NCBI RefSeq assembly: GCF_963921235.1
Contig: NC_086097.1
Coordinates: forward strand, 128,404,001 to 128,468,000
Length of the DNA: 64,000 nt
Direction of reading: 5' to 3'
Source: Mobula hypostoma
Lineage: Eukaryota
The first letter of the stretch is position 1. Every line of letters starts with the position of its first letter. Made by a program: the position numbers and the translations under genes. The notes beneath the pieces are model-generated. The model saw nothing but the letters and a program-made list of their open reading frames with translations, was not told the DNA's origin and did no database searches. Shown piece after piece: positions 37,405 to 50,150 of this stretch.

Positions 37405-38190
37405 CGCTTTTTATTGACTACAGATCGATATTCAATACTATTATCCCCTCAAAACTAATCAATAAGCTTCAAGACCTTGGCTTCAATACCTCTTTGTGCA
37501 GTTGGATCCTCAATTTCCTCACTTGCAGACACAATCAGTTCATATTGGCAACCACATCTCCTCCACAGTCTCCTCAGAGCAGATGCACCACAAGGCGCTG
37601 TGCTCAGACCCTGCTCTACTCACTTTACACTTATGACTGCGCGGCTTAGCACAGCTCCAACATCATATTCAAGTTTGGTGATGACACCACTGTTGTAGGC
37701 TGAATCAAAGGTGCTGATGAATCAGCATATAGGTGAGAGATTGACCATCTGACTGAGTGGTGGCACAACAATAACGTCTTACTCAATGTCAGCAATACCA
37801 AGGAGCTGATTACAGTATTGACTTCAGGAGGAGGAAACCAGAGGTCATGAACCAGTCATCATGGGGGGATCAGAGGTAGAGAGGGTCAGCATCTTTAAAT
37901 TCTTTGGTGTTATCATTCCAGAGGACCTGTATAGGGCCCAGCACATAAGTGTATTTATAAAGAAAGTACAGCAGTGCTTCTACCTCCTTAGGAGTGTGTG
38001 AAGATTTTGCATGACATCTAAAACTTTGAAAAACTTTTATAGATGCGTAGTGGAGAGAACATTGACTGGTTGCTTCACAGCCTGGTATGGAAATATGAAT
38101 GCCATTGAATGAAAAATTGTACAATAACTAGTGGATGCACCCAATTCATCATAGGTAAAGCCCTCTCCACCATGGAGCACATTGACAGGA
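37405..38190 (+). mobile_element. Rex1/Babar LINE RT fragment
   Basis: Shows APQGAVL, aagtttggtgatgacaccact (KFGDDTT), gacttcaggagg (DFRR) and FYRCVVERTLTGCFTAWYG. Confidence 0.88.
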
Positions 38191-39699
38191 GGCCAAGTAA
38201 TTAGGTATATTTAAAGCAGAGGCTGACAATTTCTTGATTAGTCAGTGCTGTGAAGGTTACTGGAGAAGGGTGGAGAATGGGGCTGATAATAAATCAGCCA
38301 TGCTGGGATGGCAGAGAATACCCAATGGGCTGATTAGCCAAATTCTACTCCCATTTCTTAAGGTTTTATGGACCATCTGTTTGCCTCCAGCAGATTTTTG
38401 GTAAATCCAGCTAATCTCACTCCTTTGTTCTCTCTCAAAACTCTGCAGCCATTATCCTTTGAAAACAAATGTCTCACACACAGTGTGCATCATGACAAAC
38501 CCTGATGACTTTTGGTATCTTGACTTTCTGGCCATTTAATCTTCTAGCCAGAGATACAATAAGAGTGTGTTCCAAACTATGCTTGTTGATCGATTCTCTT
38601 TAACTAATGAAAGGGTATATCATATAATTTTGTCCAGTTTTGTGAACTGTGGTCATCACTGTTTAAAGTCCACTGTTCAATACTCTTGATCTGAGTTGGA
38701 GGCCATCTAAGCATCAAGATTCTGAAGTCATGGATTGCAATCCACTAATGAATTAAAATATTGCAGATGCTGGAAAACAGATTGAAAGCACAAAATGGTT
38801 AATAAATCTCAATATATCAGAATGAATCTGTGGCGAAAACATTGTTAAAACTGCAGATTGTTAGTGAACTAACTTTTCAAAAAAATATATATATAATGCA
38901 AAACTAAATACTTCAGATCCCTGACTGCTTGAATTCAAGTCTTTACACCTATGACTCTAACTTGTCAATGTTTGCTCTTGCTTTAATTTTAATACAAGTG
39001 TTAAGATCAGACTGAGAAAAAGCCTAAGTAATTCATCTGGCCAATTCAAATGCAATGCTGGAAGATACAGCAGAGTTCTCCCATTCCCATCTTGCTGGGG
39101 CCTCCTGATTCACATATATCTCTTTGTCAGGTAATGCACAGCATTAGATGAACTGATTAAATTTCTACCAGCAATCGCACCTGGTGCTCTGAGGAATCAC
39201 AAGTGTCATTGCTACAGGCAGATCTCTCAATACACCTACACATCTAGTTATATATTTCAGTCCCATCCAATACTCCAACATTTCAGTTGTAGCTTTGCTT
39301 TCTTTCACTTTGACATAATTATTCTGACAGTGGAGCCGAAAGACTAAACTAGTTCCACAAAATAAGGAAAATTTAGATTGAATTCAATAACTGACCTCAA
39401 ATTAGCACAACCTGTACAGTGTACAAGCTTCAAATAAAAAAAACAGTACATCTTGCCTGTGTTCTTACTAATTGTTGGCTTGGATAGTCGTTGAATCTTG
39501 GTAAAGTTGCAGCTACTTTGCCCAGATGGTTTTGCATTGCATCAGATATATTTGTAAATTATTATTTCCACATTCAGCAGAAAATGTCCAAGCAGCAGAA
39601 TGTAATTTGATCCAACGATGATGTTTATTTTTAAGAAAGTGTTAATGACAATTTATACTCCAAAAATAAAATCTAGCAGTAGATTTGCTAAAGTGAAAG

Positions 39700-40175
39700 T
39701 CAAAATTATCGTTACATGCAAGTGTACGTGTATTGACTGGGCAATGATAAATTCACTTGCTGCTGCATTACTAAACACATGACATCATATAGGCAGCATT
39801 CAGATGGAAAAAACACAAATTAAACATAAACACAATTTTTATAAGAAAGAACATAATTAGAACAAAAAAAGTCCATTCTAGTGCAAAGTGATCATAGTGA
39901 TCACAGTATTATTAAACTGTAGTGACTAGGGTTTTGCTGGTTTGGTTTAAGAACCAAATGGATGAAGGGAGTTAGCTGTTCTTGAATCCATTGGTGTGGG
40001 ACTTCTGCCCAATGGTAGCTGCAAGAAGACAGCATGGCTGGGATTGGTGAATGGGGGTCAGGGTAGGATCTTTGATGATTGATGTTTCTTTCTTTAAGGC
40101 AATACTTCCTATACTTATTTCCAATAGTATATGGAGGGATGTGCCTGTGATGATTTAGGCAGTGTCCAAATTGAT
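39700..40175 (-). mobile_element. Rex1/Babar LINE 3' fragment, degraded
   Basis: Similar on the minus strand to the 19452-19960 copy (gatctttgatgattgatg, gctgttcttgaatcc). Confidence 0.55.
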
Positions 40176-40184
40176 AAGTCAATG

Positions 40185-40508
40185 TAGGTAGGATAGTGGT
40201 ACAGCTAGCAGATCTTTGCCTCATGTCTCCAGCAGTCTGGCACTGTATGTGTGAAGTTTGCATGTTCTCCCTATCACCTCCAGTGCTCTGGTTTCCTCCC
40301 ACAGCCCAAAGACAGGTAGGGTTGGTAAATAATTGGCTACATTAGATTGTCCCTTGTGTGCAGTTGAGTGGCAGAATACAAAGGGTGTGTAAGAAAATTT
40401 AGAGAGATTACTAATGGAATTAGTGTAGCATAAGTGTAAATGGTTGCTTAATGATTAGTGCGGACTTGAGGGATTGACGGGCCTGTTTCTGTTCTGTGTG
40501 ACTCTACA
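40185..40508 (+). mobile_element. HE1-like SINE
   Basis: gtgtgaagtttgcatgttctccct...tgctctggtttcctcccaca...taattggc, ending gggcctgtttctgttctgtgtgactcta. Confidence 0.7.
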
Positions 40509-40959
40509 AGTGTATGAGACCCTGCAAAGGTTTGATCAAGATTTTGCGTGTAAACATTCTGCTCCAATAAGATGCTTTATACAATGCCTGTAAGGGACTT
40601 TCATATTGACATTTGTTGATATTATACAGTAAATATGCAGTTGACTCAAATCCCAATACAAAAGGCAGAATTTGCTTCAGCTGGTAGAGAATGTTGTTGG
40701 ATCATACGCTGGCCTCCAGAGGGAGTAGGTTCCCCGAATATACTTGTACACACTGGGGGAAGTATTGCCATGGACCCGAAGTGAAATATTGAACCTGCAG
40801 GAAACTTTGGTACAACAGTTTATATCAAGGGCAATTGGTGAATGCTTCCCTTAGCAGCAAAGTCCATATGTTATGAATGAATACAAGCTGCACTACACAG
40901 TTATCTGTACTTAGAAACCTAAAGAGGATAAGACTGTAAACACAAAGAATATACTTGCC

Positions 40960-41155
40960 TCACACACAAAATGCTAGAGGAACTCAGCAGGCCAGGCTGC
41001 ATCTATGGAAAAGGGTATAGACGATGTTTTGGGCCGAGATCCGATACGTCGACTGTACTTTTTTCCATACATGCTGCCTGGCCTGCTGAGTTCCTCCAGC
41101 ATTTTGTGTCTGTCGATTGGATTTACAGCATCTGGAGTTTTTCTCTTGTTTGTGA
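40960..41155. mobile_element. Penelope-derived palindromic element (hammerhead core partly deleted at the centre)
   Basis: The arms cacacaaaatgctagaggaactcagcaggccaggctgcatctatggaaaa and ttttccatacatgctgcctggcctgctgagttcctccagcattttgtg are near reverse complements. Confidence 0.82.
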
Positions 41156-42279
41156 ATATATTTGCCTCTTTCCTTTTTTACTTATTCAAGCTGAGCCAGC
41201 AATTATATGCCTACCCCTAACAGGCCTTGAGAAGGAGGTGATGAGGTGCATTCCTGAGCCACTTTGCCCTTGTGTTGTGGGTATACCCACAGTGCTTTAA
41301 GGGGGGAGTTTGTGAGTTTCCTCTGGGTGCTCCAATTTCCTCCCACAATCCAAACATGTGCTGTTTAATAGGTTAATTGTACATTATCCCATGATTAGGC
41401 TAGGATTAAATCCGGGAATTGCTGAGTGGTGTGGCTCAAAGGACTGGAAGGGCCAATTCCGTGCTGTATCTCAATAAACTTTTAAAAATGTGATTTCTAA
41501 ATACACAGCAGGGAAGTCAGTTCTTCAAAGCCCTCAAATGAGCAACTCAAAGGCGTTTAGGAATGGGCAATAAATGTTGATCCAGCCAGTAACACCCATG
41601 TCCTGTGGGAGTGCACTTGTTAGCTAGAGGTCCACAGGTACATCACTGGCCTATGAACAGTCATGATGAAAATGTGATTAGCAAGGTTCGTCGTGTAACA
41701 CATTGATATCCGATTCTTGAGCACAATGTTCCAGTCTGTTATTTAATTAATTCTTTTCACATACAGGGAACATGGATTTCAGGTTAGGCAAGTATGGCTT
41801 AGTAAATTTCCATGAAATGCCATATTTGAAGATGCCGTTTGTGTCAAAATCATTTTGCAATGCAACACACCTGGATAGTTGCAATATTCTGAAAATTACA
41901 GGAAGAACTACAATTAAAAAAATATCCACGTCAAGGGCTGTCTATAGATTTGTCAATGTAGCATCAAATGAGCATCCCCACAGCAATTATTTCCTCTCAG
42001 TGAATTGCATTCTCTCAGATTTTTCTATTCCTGTTTAGATGAAAGAAAATTTAAATTTATGCTGGCACTTTAACAACTGACAAAATACTATTGGTGTTCG
42101 ACCACTATTTTAATGAATAAATTTCAGTGGATTAAATGGAATGATTATAATGGATGTAATGAGCAGATCAACAGAGAGCAGGTTGCAGCGAGTCCTCATG
42201 CTCCAGCATCATCTCATTGACAGCAATCTCATTCAAACAGCAGTAGAATAGTAACCAGGTGATACTGCTTATTTGGAGG

Positions 42280-42540
42280 GACAAGAAATGCTGGAATCTG
42301 GAGCACACACAAAGTACTGGAAGAACTCAGCAGGTCAGGCAGCATCTAATGGAGGGAAACGAACAATCAATATGGTAGGTTGAGACCCTTTATCTACATG
42401 ACAAAGGTCTTTGCCAATGAAAGGTCGATATTGGGTCTATGATGGATCCAGATGAAGAGCCTTGACTTGAACTGTCGACTGTCCATTTCCCTCCACAGAT
42501 ACCGCCGGAAGCACTGAACTCCTCCAGTACTTTGTCTGTT
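42280..42540. mobile_element. Penelope-derived palindromic element
   Basis: caaagtactggaagaactcagcaggtcaggcagcatct is paired with ccagatgaagagccttgacttgaactgtcgactg...ctcctccagtactttg. Confidence 0.75.
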
Positions 42541-43344
42541 TAATCTTAATGCTGTTATTTTTTACTTGTTGTGTTTCTGATTAATTATGGTAATTCATTG
42601 GTGGATACAATAGTAAGGCTGCTTTTCTATTTCCACACACAAGTTTTCTGCAACAACTCCCTTTTTCATGTCATTTGGCAAGGAAGGCTGTCAGTTCCAA
42701 TCCCTTTCTGATAGATACAGCCCACAGAACAGCTGATATTCCAGTGTTTAATCCTCAACCTAAAATTTTAAAGTAGTTTGCAAGGGCTATAGTTGTAGAG
42801 ATCTACTGGAAATATATTTGCCTTGGTGAGATCGCATCTGGAACATTGTGTATAAGATTGGCCTCCTGGCTTAACTAAGGATATACCCTATTTGTAACGG
42901 ACAGCCTGTCATGAGGGTCCACCTAAAAATTCATTGCTGAGGTCAGACTTGGACTAAGCGGATTGGGTCTACGTACTCCCTGACATGTTCAGAACAAAGC
43001 TCAGTTTCTTAAGGAGGATATCAATGTCAGAGACAGAAAAAGCAGTGTATTTGAAGTGAAGTATACTAATTGATCACAACGATAATGTTACAATTTTACA
43101 AAGATGGTGGTTAATGAGGGAAAAACTTTGGCTACATGGCACTTTGGATAATGCAGGATGGGAGTTCTAGATGAAAGGGCTTGACTTGAAATATCAAGTC
43201 TATTTCCCTCCATAGATACTGCCTGACCTACTGAGTTACTGAGGATAAGGATAACTCCCCTTGTCTTCTTGACCAACGTGCCATAAGATCTGTAATGAGA
43301 GAAAGGACAGGGCCATGACTTATCGATTCATCCAAATGAATTTA

Positions 43345-43765
43345 GAAATTAGAATTTATTCAAAACCTTACATTCATCCCACAGCGTGAGGGAGTAACAA
43401 ATCTTTGTGTTATGACTCAGTTGCAATGTACAGACGTGAATTTGAAAGTCTGATGGCTTGTAGAAAGAAACTGTCCTGTAGTATGTTGGTCCTGGCTTTA
43501 ATGTTGTGGTAGCATTTGCCAGACGGAAGCAGTGGAAACAGTTTATGGTTGGGGTGACTGGCGTCCCTGATGATATTCCAGGTCTTCTTTCTGCACCTGC
43601 TACTATAAGTGTCCTCAATGAGGGAAGTTCACATCCACAGATGAAGTGGGCAGTCCAAACCACTCTCTGAAGTGCCCAGCGATCAAGGTTGGTGCAGTTC
43701 CAGTACCAGGCAGTGATACTGCCAGTCAGTATGCTCTCAATGGTGCCCCTATAGAAGGCATGCTT
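43345..43765 (-). mobile_element. Rex1/Babar LINE 3' fragment
   Basis: ORF 43349..43819 has FYRGTIESILTGSITAWYWNCTNLDRWALQRVVWTA. Confidence 0.88.
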
Positions 43766-44939
43766 TAGACACCGATGCCTACTCAATATTGGAGTGGCCC
43801 CTTGGAACTGTGCTCGCAACTTTCTGAATGTGAAACATGAACAATCTACTGATAAAGAAGAGAAGGTGCTACCTCTGGAGAGAATAGATCACTGAATGTA
43901 ATAGATTCCAAAGAAATTTGAGCAGAAATTGCTTTTAAGTAATACTACAAGTCCCCGAAGTCCCACTCTCCCAAAAAAGATGCAGAAGTACATTTAATAG
44001 TAAAAAGTTATGTTGGTGTTGTATATTCCTTTTATTTCAGGACTAGCACAGAATTTTATTGCATAAGAGGAGGCCATTTGGCCCATCGTGTTCCTGTTGG
44101 GCAAAAATTGGATCTTACGTTAGTTCCATCTCCCAAATATTTCTCTGAAAACAGATTAATTATTGCTCTTCGGTTCCTAGAACAAGACTTATAAAACTGT
44201 AGGGCTCTGTTTTCTGTGGGATGGAATCCTTCAGTGACCTTTTCCATTTTCAGTGGTGTAGTACATTAGACAGCAGGCGGCTTCTTTTGTTTTCACAAGA
44301 CTTGAAAGAAAAGGCCAAATTATGCAAGGTGATATCACCTCCAACAAATGGAGTTCTTCATTCAGGTAAGGTGAAGCCAGGAGATTCTTGAGGGGCGTAA
44401 ACCTCTTGGATCCATAAATCAATCCCTTTATGGAATGTGAAAAGGAGCAAGAAAACTATTTGGATCATGCCTTTGTTTCTATATTGTACTATTGACGGGA
44501 TGCCATTATGCAGTGACTTCCCTTTGATGATTGCAATCAAAGCTTTAACTGAATGTGTGTCCATGTCATGTGTACATTCCGGGGCAGAAGGTGGCTAATT
44601 CACTGACAGGCTGAAGTATTTTTAAACTTCAGATGCTCCGCATAGTTTTTTGTGTCAGTCAGGTACATCTGTTGTCAATCAAGGTTGAAGAATCTTGCAT
44701 AACATGCTGGGTGAGTCTTATTGATGTTAACAATCAATTTCTGCAGAGTTTCCCATATATTTTCTCATGACATAGCAGGAAGCCAGTTGACCCTTAGAGT
44801 CAGCTTTCAGGGTAAGCACATCAATGCCATTCCCCCATTTATTTCCCTGTAATCTATTCTCTTGCACATGTCCATTGATTTAAAGGGGTGTTTAGTGGCA
44901 GAAAGAGATGGTTGATGGGAAAAAAGGAGTAAATAATGC

Positions 44940-45735
44940 AGTGTTAGTGTTCATTTCAACAGGAAGAGAAACAAGGATGTACTGTTAAAAGATTATAAGG
45001 TGTTGGTCAGATCACATTTGGAACATTGTGAGTAATTTTGGACCCCTTTTCTAAGAAAGGATGTGCTGGTCCTGGAGAGAGTACAGGAGAGGTTCACAAG
45101 AATGATGCCAGCGGTGAAAGGCTTAATGTGTAAGGGCTTTCTCTGGGCCCGTACTCAAGTCAAGTCAAGTCAAGTCACTTTTTATTGTCATTTCAACCAT
45201 AACTACTGGTACAGTACACAGCAAAAATGAGAACGTTTTTCTGGACCATGGTGCTACATGAACAATACAAAAACTACACTAAGCTACAGACCTACCCAGG
45301 ACTGCATAAAGTGCACAAAACAGTGCAGGCACTTGATGAATGAGTGGGGATCTCACTGAAACCTACTGAATAATGGAAGTCCTGGACAGGATGAATATGG
45401 AGAGAGTCTAGGAACCGAGAGCACTGTGAGTACAGGGACATTCCTTTAAAATAGAATTTGCTACCACAGAAGGCTGTGGAGGCCAAGTTTTTGGGCGTAT
45501 TTAAGGAATAGATTGATAAATTCTTTACTGGCAAAAGAGTTCATGGCTATGGGGTAGAAGGTGAAAGAATAGGATTGAAAACAATCAGCCATGATTGAAT
45601 AACAGAGTAGATTCGATGGGCCGAATTACCTAATTCTGATCCTGTATCTCATGGCTTTATGGTTGATCTTTTGGTTTGACATAGATTCACTGGGCCAAAG
45701 GACCTGTTTCTGTAGTGTTTGTCTCCGTGACTCTA
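44940..45735 (+). mobile_element. CR1 LINE 3' fragment with an inserted (tcaag)n-tailed retroposon end (~45155-45330)
   Basis: tataaggtgttggtcagatcacatttggaacattgtg translates as YKVLVRSHLEHC, and CR1 3' UTR follows. The insert starts tcaagtcaagtcaagtcaagtcactttttattgtc. Confidence 0.72.
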
Positions 45736-46139
45736 ATCCCCTAATCCCCTGCACACTGGTAGATAAATTGGCTTCTGACAATCGTTGCCTGTACTGGTGA
45801 CAATTTACAGAAGCCAATTTAACTACCGGTGTGTCTTTAAGATGTGTGTGAAGATGGGAGCACCAGAAGGAAACTCACAGGGTCCCAGGGAGAGCGTGTA
45901 AATACCCAGAGATGGCACCCAAGTTTCCAATAGGACATAGGCACGGTACAGCAGCAAACTGGAGCATCTGCAGAGCCACACAATACAGTTAATGAGGAAT
46001 GAAGGAAGAATGCACTAGGTACTGCATATTCATGAGACAGTAGAAAAGGGATTGCTTCCTGACAGCAGAGATTGAGAACATGTTTGTTGAGAAATTCATC
46101 CCACACTAGTCTCTTTAAGCAGACGGCATTGGGATGGTA

Positions 46140-46612
46140 TAGTATCATAGATTCATAGAGCATGGAAACAGGTTTTTCAGCCCAACTGCTCCATGCAGAC
46201 CAGGGTTTCCCTGTAAACTAGTCCCATTTAGCACATATCTCTCGAAACGTTTCCCATCTATGTGCCAGTCCAAGGACCTTTTAAATTGTGTCAATGTACC
46301 TCGCAACCTCTGGCAGCTCATTCCAAATACAGACTGCCCTCTGGCTGAAAAACTTACCCCACAGGTTTCTGTTAAATCTCTCCACTCTCACCTAAAACCT
46401 GTGCCTTCCAGTGCTTTATTCACCTGTCCTGGGAAAAAGATTGTGTACATTCACTCCATCAATTCCTCACACACCACTGTAAAAATCAGCCTCATTCTCC
46501 AGCTCTCCAAAGAATAAAGCACCAGCCTGTTCACCCTTCTATAACTCAGTCCATTGAGTCCTGGCATCATCCTCGTAAATCTTTTCTGCACTCCTTCCAG
46601 CTTAATGGCAGT
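46140..46612 (-). mobile_element. CR1 LINE 3' fragment
   Basis: Begins tcatagattcatagagcatggaaacagg and ends ctggcatcatcctcgtaaatcttttctgcactccttccagct (minus strand LEGVQKRFTRMMP). Confidence 0.8.
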
Positions 46613-46679
46613 GTTTTACTCTGCCTCGGAAATTCATCACATCAACTTCACAAAGAGTGATATTGAGCAGGTACTAATT

Positions 46680-46895
46680 AAGTGTTGTTGGTTGAGGAAT
46701 AAATATTGCCCATGGCATAACTCTCCTGCTCATCTTGACAGTGTGCTGCGGCATATCTATACCCCGGAGTGCTGGGAGGCCCTCATCTGAAAGCCAGTAG
46801 CCCCAGTGTTTTTTATTTGGAATTTGAGCTGAGCTGTCTGTACTTGAGTCCACACAGTAAATCTTAAAGCCACAATCTCCTGACTCAGACTAAGT
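46680..46895 (-). mobile_element. Old Deu-domain SINE fragment
   Basis: tgttggttgaggaataaatattgccc...ctcatctgaaag...ccacaatctcctgactcaga is similar to the 6085-6235 copy. Confidence 0.5.
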
Positions 46896-48101
46896 CACCC
46901 CTGATAAATTTCTTGCTAAGTATTCCATGTCTGTCGAGGAGTGCTGTTTTGCGTCAGCTCCCAACAAAATCTCTGCTGTCTGTGCCGAATTAAACAAGCA
47001 TGCAGCTGAAGTGACACATTTTGGTGTTGGCCCCTGGGTTAATGGCTGTTTGTGCTGATGTTAATTCAGTTAATTTACACTGAGGCTCAGTGAGCTTTCT
47101 AAACCATCGCCCCTAGCACAACCCGTGGTCAAAATTTAAATACCCCATAAAATATAAATTCTAGTGGCAAATATGACATGGCAATTTGCATCCTGTCTCT
47201 TCTGTTTTGACCTGATTCTGTAATAACTTTCAAATGGAGCATACGGTAGAGCAGGACAGAGTCACAGAAGCTAGAACCTTGAGCAAGGTATAAGGTGCAG
47301 GAGGAGGTTTCAGAGCATCTTGCTAATTTGCATATTGGTGAATTGGATTATTATTGTCACATGTACGAGGTGCAGTGGAAAACTTTGCATGCATCCATAC
47401 AGATCATTTCATTACAAGAGTGCACTGAGGTAGTGCAAGGGAATGCATTAAAAGAATACGGAATAAAGTGCTAAAAGAAAGTGTCGTGAGGACAGACAAT
47501 AAGGTGCAAGGCAATAGCAAGGTAAATTGTGAGACCAAACTTTTATTCTATGGTACCAGGGGACAGTTCAATAGTCTTACAACAGTGGGGTAGAATCTGT
47601 CCTTGAGCCTGGTGATTTGTGCTTTCAGGTTTTTGTATCTACTGCCTGATCAGAGTGGAGGGAAGTGAGAATGTGAATGGGGACTTTAATTATATTGGTG
47701 ACTTTACCGAGACAGCAAGAAGTGTAGCCAGAGTCCATAGAAGGAAGACTGGTTTCCATTGTGTGCTGAATTGTGTTCACAACTTTGCATTTTCAAGTGG
47801 TCTTGGGCAGAGTAGCATCATGCAGCTGGATAGAAGACTGGCTGACTTGCAGAACTAAAGACTGGCAATAAAGGGGGCCTTTCTCAGTTGGCTGCAGGTG
47901 ACGCATGGTGTTACGAAAGGGGTTTGGACTTACAAAACATAACAGTGGTGATGAGTAAGATTTAAAATGAATCTGAGATAACTACCTAACTTGTTGAAGT
48001 GTAGCATGTCTTTTGTTTTACTTCAGAAGCACAGCGAAACAGTAATCTTAAAAATAGTCAGAAAACAAATGAATTCATGGGTTCCTAAACAGCAAGTACC
48101 A

Positions 48102-48103
<2 letters not shown>

Positions 48104-48132
<29 letters not shown>

Positions 48133-48133
48133 G
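48104..48133. repeat. (AAT)n microsatellite
   Basis: About ten direct taa/aat repeats. Confidence 0.9.
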
Positions 48134-48496
48134 TAAGAAGAAGAATGTTTTAAAAATCAGAAATGTCCAGCTACATCAGGAAGTTAGAGAGCGAATTGTG
48201 CAGTATTTTGAAGTGTATGAAATAGCCAATGTAAAGCAAGTACCAGTTTTGCTGAGTGTACTAGGTGGAAGAGCATACTGTTTGCTCTCAAGTTTAACTG
48301 GTCCAGCCAAACCAGCCGAAATGAGCTTTGATGCTATCGTGAAAGCAATGCAGGAAGATTTAAAAGCAAAACCATTGATGATTGCAGAATGCTTTAGGTT
48401 TCGTAAGTGGAACAAAAGGAAGGAGTGTCCATTTCAGCATATTTGGCTGAATTGAAGTTTGTTTGAGCATTGTCAGTTCAGTGATGGGCTTAATGA

Positions 48497-49220
48497 TGGG
48501 ACCGCTCTGCTGCCAGAGAGGGAAGCCTATGTGGCTTGCCGGAGAATGTTACCCAGATTTTCTGCGTTTTGGATATGGATTTTTTTCATTCTTATAGTTT
48601 TTTATATTCTTTTTTTGTGTGTGCGGGGAGGGGGATTTGGATCTCATTGTGACTATTCTGTTTTTGTTTGCTTTTTGTGCGGGTAGGAGGGATTAGGGGC
48701 TCATTGTGACTATTCTGTTTTTGTTTGCTTTTTGTGGGGGGAGGAGGGATTTGGGGGTTGATGATCAAGCTGCCATTCCTTTCTTTCTTGGTTTTGTGGC
48801 TATCTAGAGAAGAAGAATTTCAGATCTCTATACTTTGATAATAAATAAACCTTCAATGAACTCAGTCCTGCCGAAGGATCTTGGCCCAAAACGTTGACTG
48901 TACTTTTTTCCATAGATGATGCCTGGCCTGCTGGGTTCCTCCAGCATTTGTGTGAGATGTTTGGATTTCAAACATGTGCAGATTTTCTCTTGTTTGCACT
49001 GAGAGATCATTCAGATTGTAGAATCTTTCTTGTTCTTTGTGTGCAGGGGAGGGGGATTTGGGGGTTAATGTGGTTGTTCTATTTTTGTTCATTTTTTTAA
49101 TGCATGGAGAAGGGATTTAGGAGTTGATGATTGTGCTGCCAAACCTTTCTTTCTTGGTGTTGCGGCTATCTAGAAAAGAAGAATTTCAGATTTGTGTACT
49201 TTGATAATAAATGAACCTTT
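48497..49220 (+). mobile_element. Composite insertion in Gypsy gag: two Rex-tailed retroposon ends flanking a Penelope pLTR (48860-49000)
   Basis: Two copies of ggctatctaga..agaagaatttcagat...tactttgataataaat occur. Between them lies cagtcctgccgaaggatcttggcccaaaacgttgactg, a degenerate hammerhead. Confidence 0.7.
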
Positions 49221-50150
49221 GATGCACTAGGAGATCATGCAGTTTGTAGAATCTTACAAGGAAGCATTCAAAAGCAGTTTCTAATTGAAGCACTGCTCAC
49301 ATTTAAAAGAGCAGTTGAAATTGCTGAATCAATGGAAACAGCAGACAGACAGGCACAAACGAGTTGCAGTCAGGAATGAAATTGAGCATGAACAAAACTG
49401 CGACATCTAAAAAGAAACTTGTCTGGCTGAACAATTTGTATTACAGTTGTGGCAGAGACTCACATACACCAGACTAATGTAAATTTAAAGGTGAAACTTG
49501 CAGAAAATGCAACAAAGTACCACAAATGCAAAGAACACTTTGGGCAGACAAAAACAAATGGACTGTATGGGAAAGAGAAGTTAAAACGTCAAATTGTAGT
49601 TCCAAAACAAGCTCAAATCTGCATGTTATTGATGAAAAATTGGATAATGTTGAGAGTGACTGATGCAGGACTATGCAGCCTTGAAACTTACTATGTGAAA
49701 TCTGACTATAGACAAGCAATATAGTTTACACTAGAAGTGAATGGCAAAGTAATTAAAATGGAATTGGACACTGGCTCAGTATTTTCAGTTATTCCACAAA
49801 GTAAGTTTGTACAGCATTTCAAAGATACTGAACAGAAGCCTTTAGATATCCAACTAACAACTTATACTGAAAAGATAACTCCTGTGGGAATTACATTTGT
49901 AAAAGTGCAATACAACAATTAACAAGCCACATCGGATGTATATGTGGTAATTACAGGAAGACAAGTATTGTGGGGCCATGGTTGTCTAAGACAACTACAA
50001 CTTGACTGGAAATCCGTCCATGATCTCCAGACCACACCCCCTGCAATAGAAGTCCATCGGGTTCCTTACACCATCCATTATTAAGTAGCCAGTGAGTTAG
50101 ATCATATGGAGGCTGGAGGAATTTTTCTAAGGTTGAGTGGAGCCCATGGG

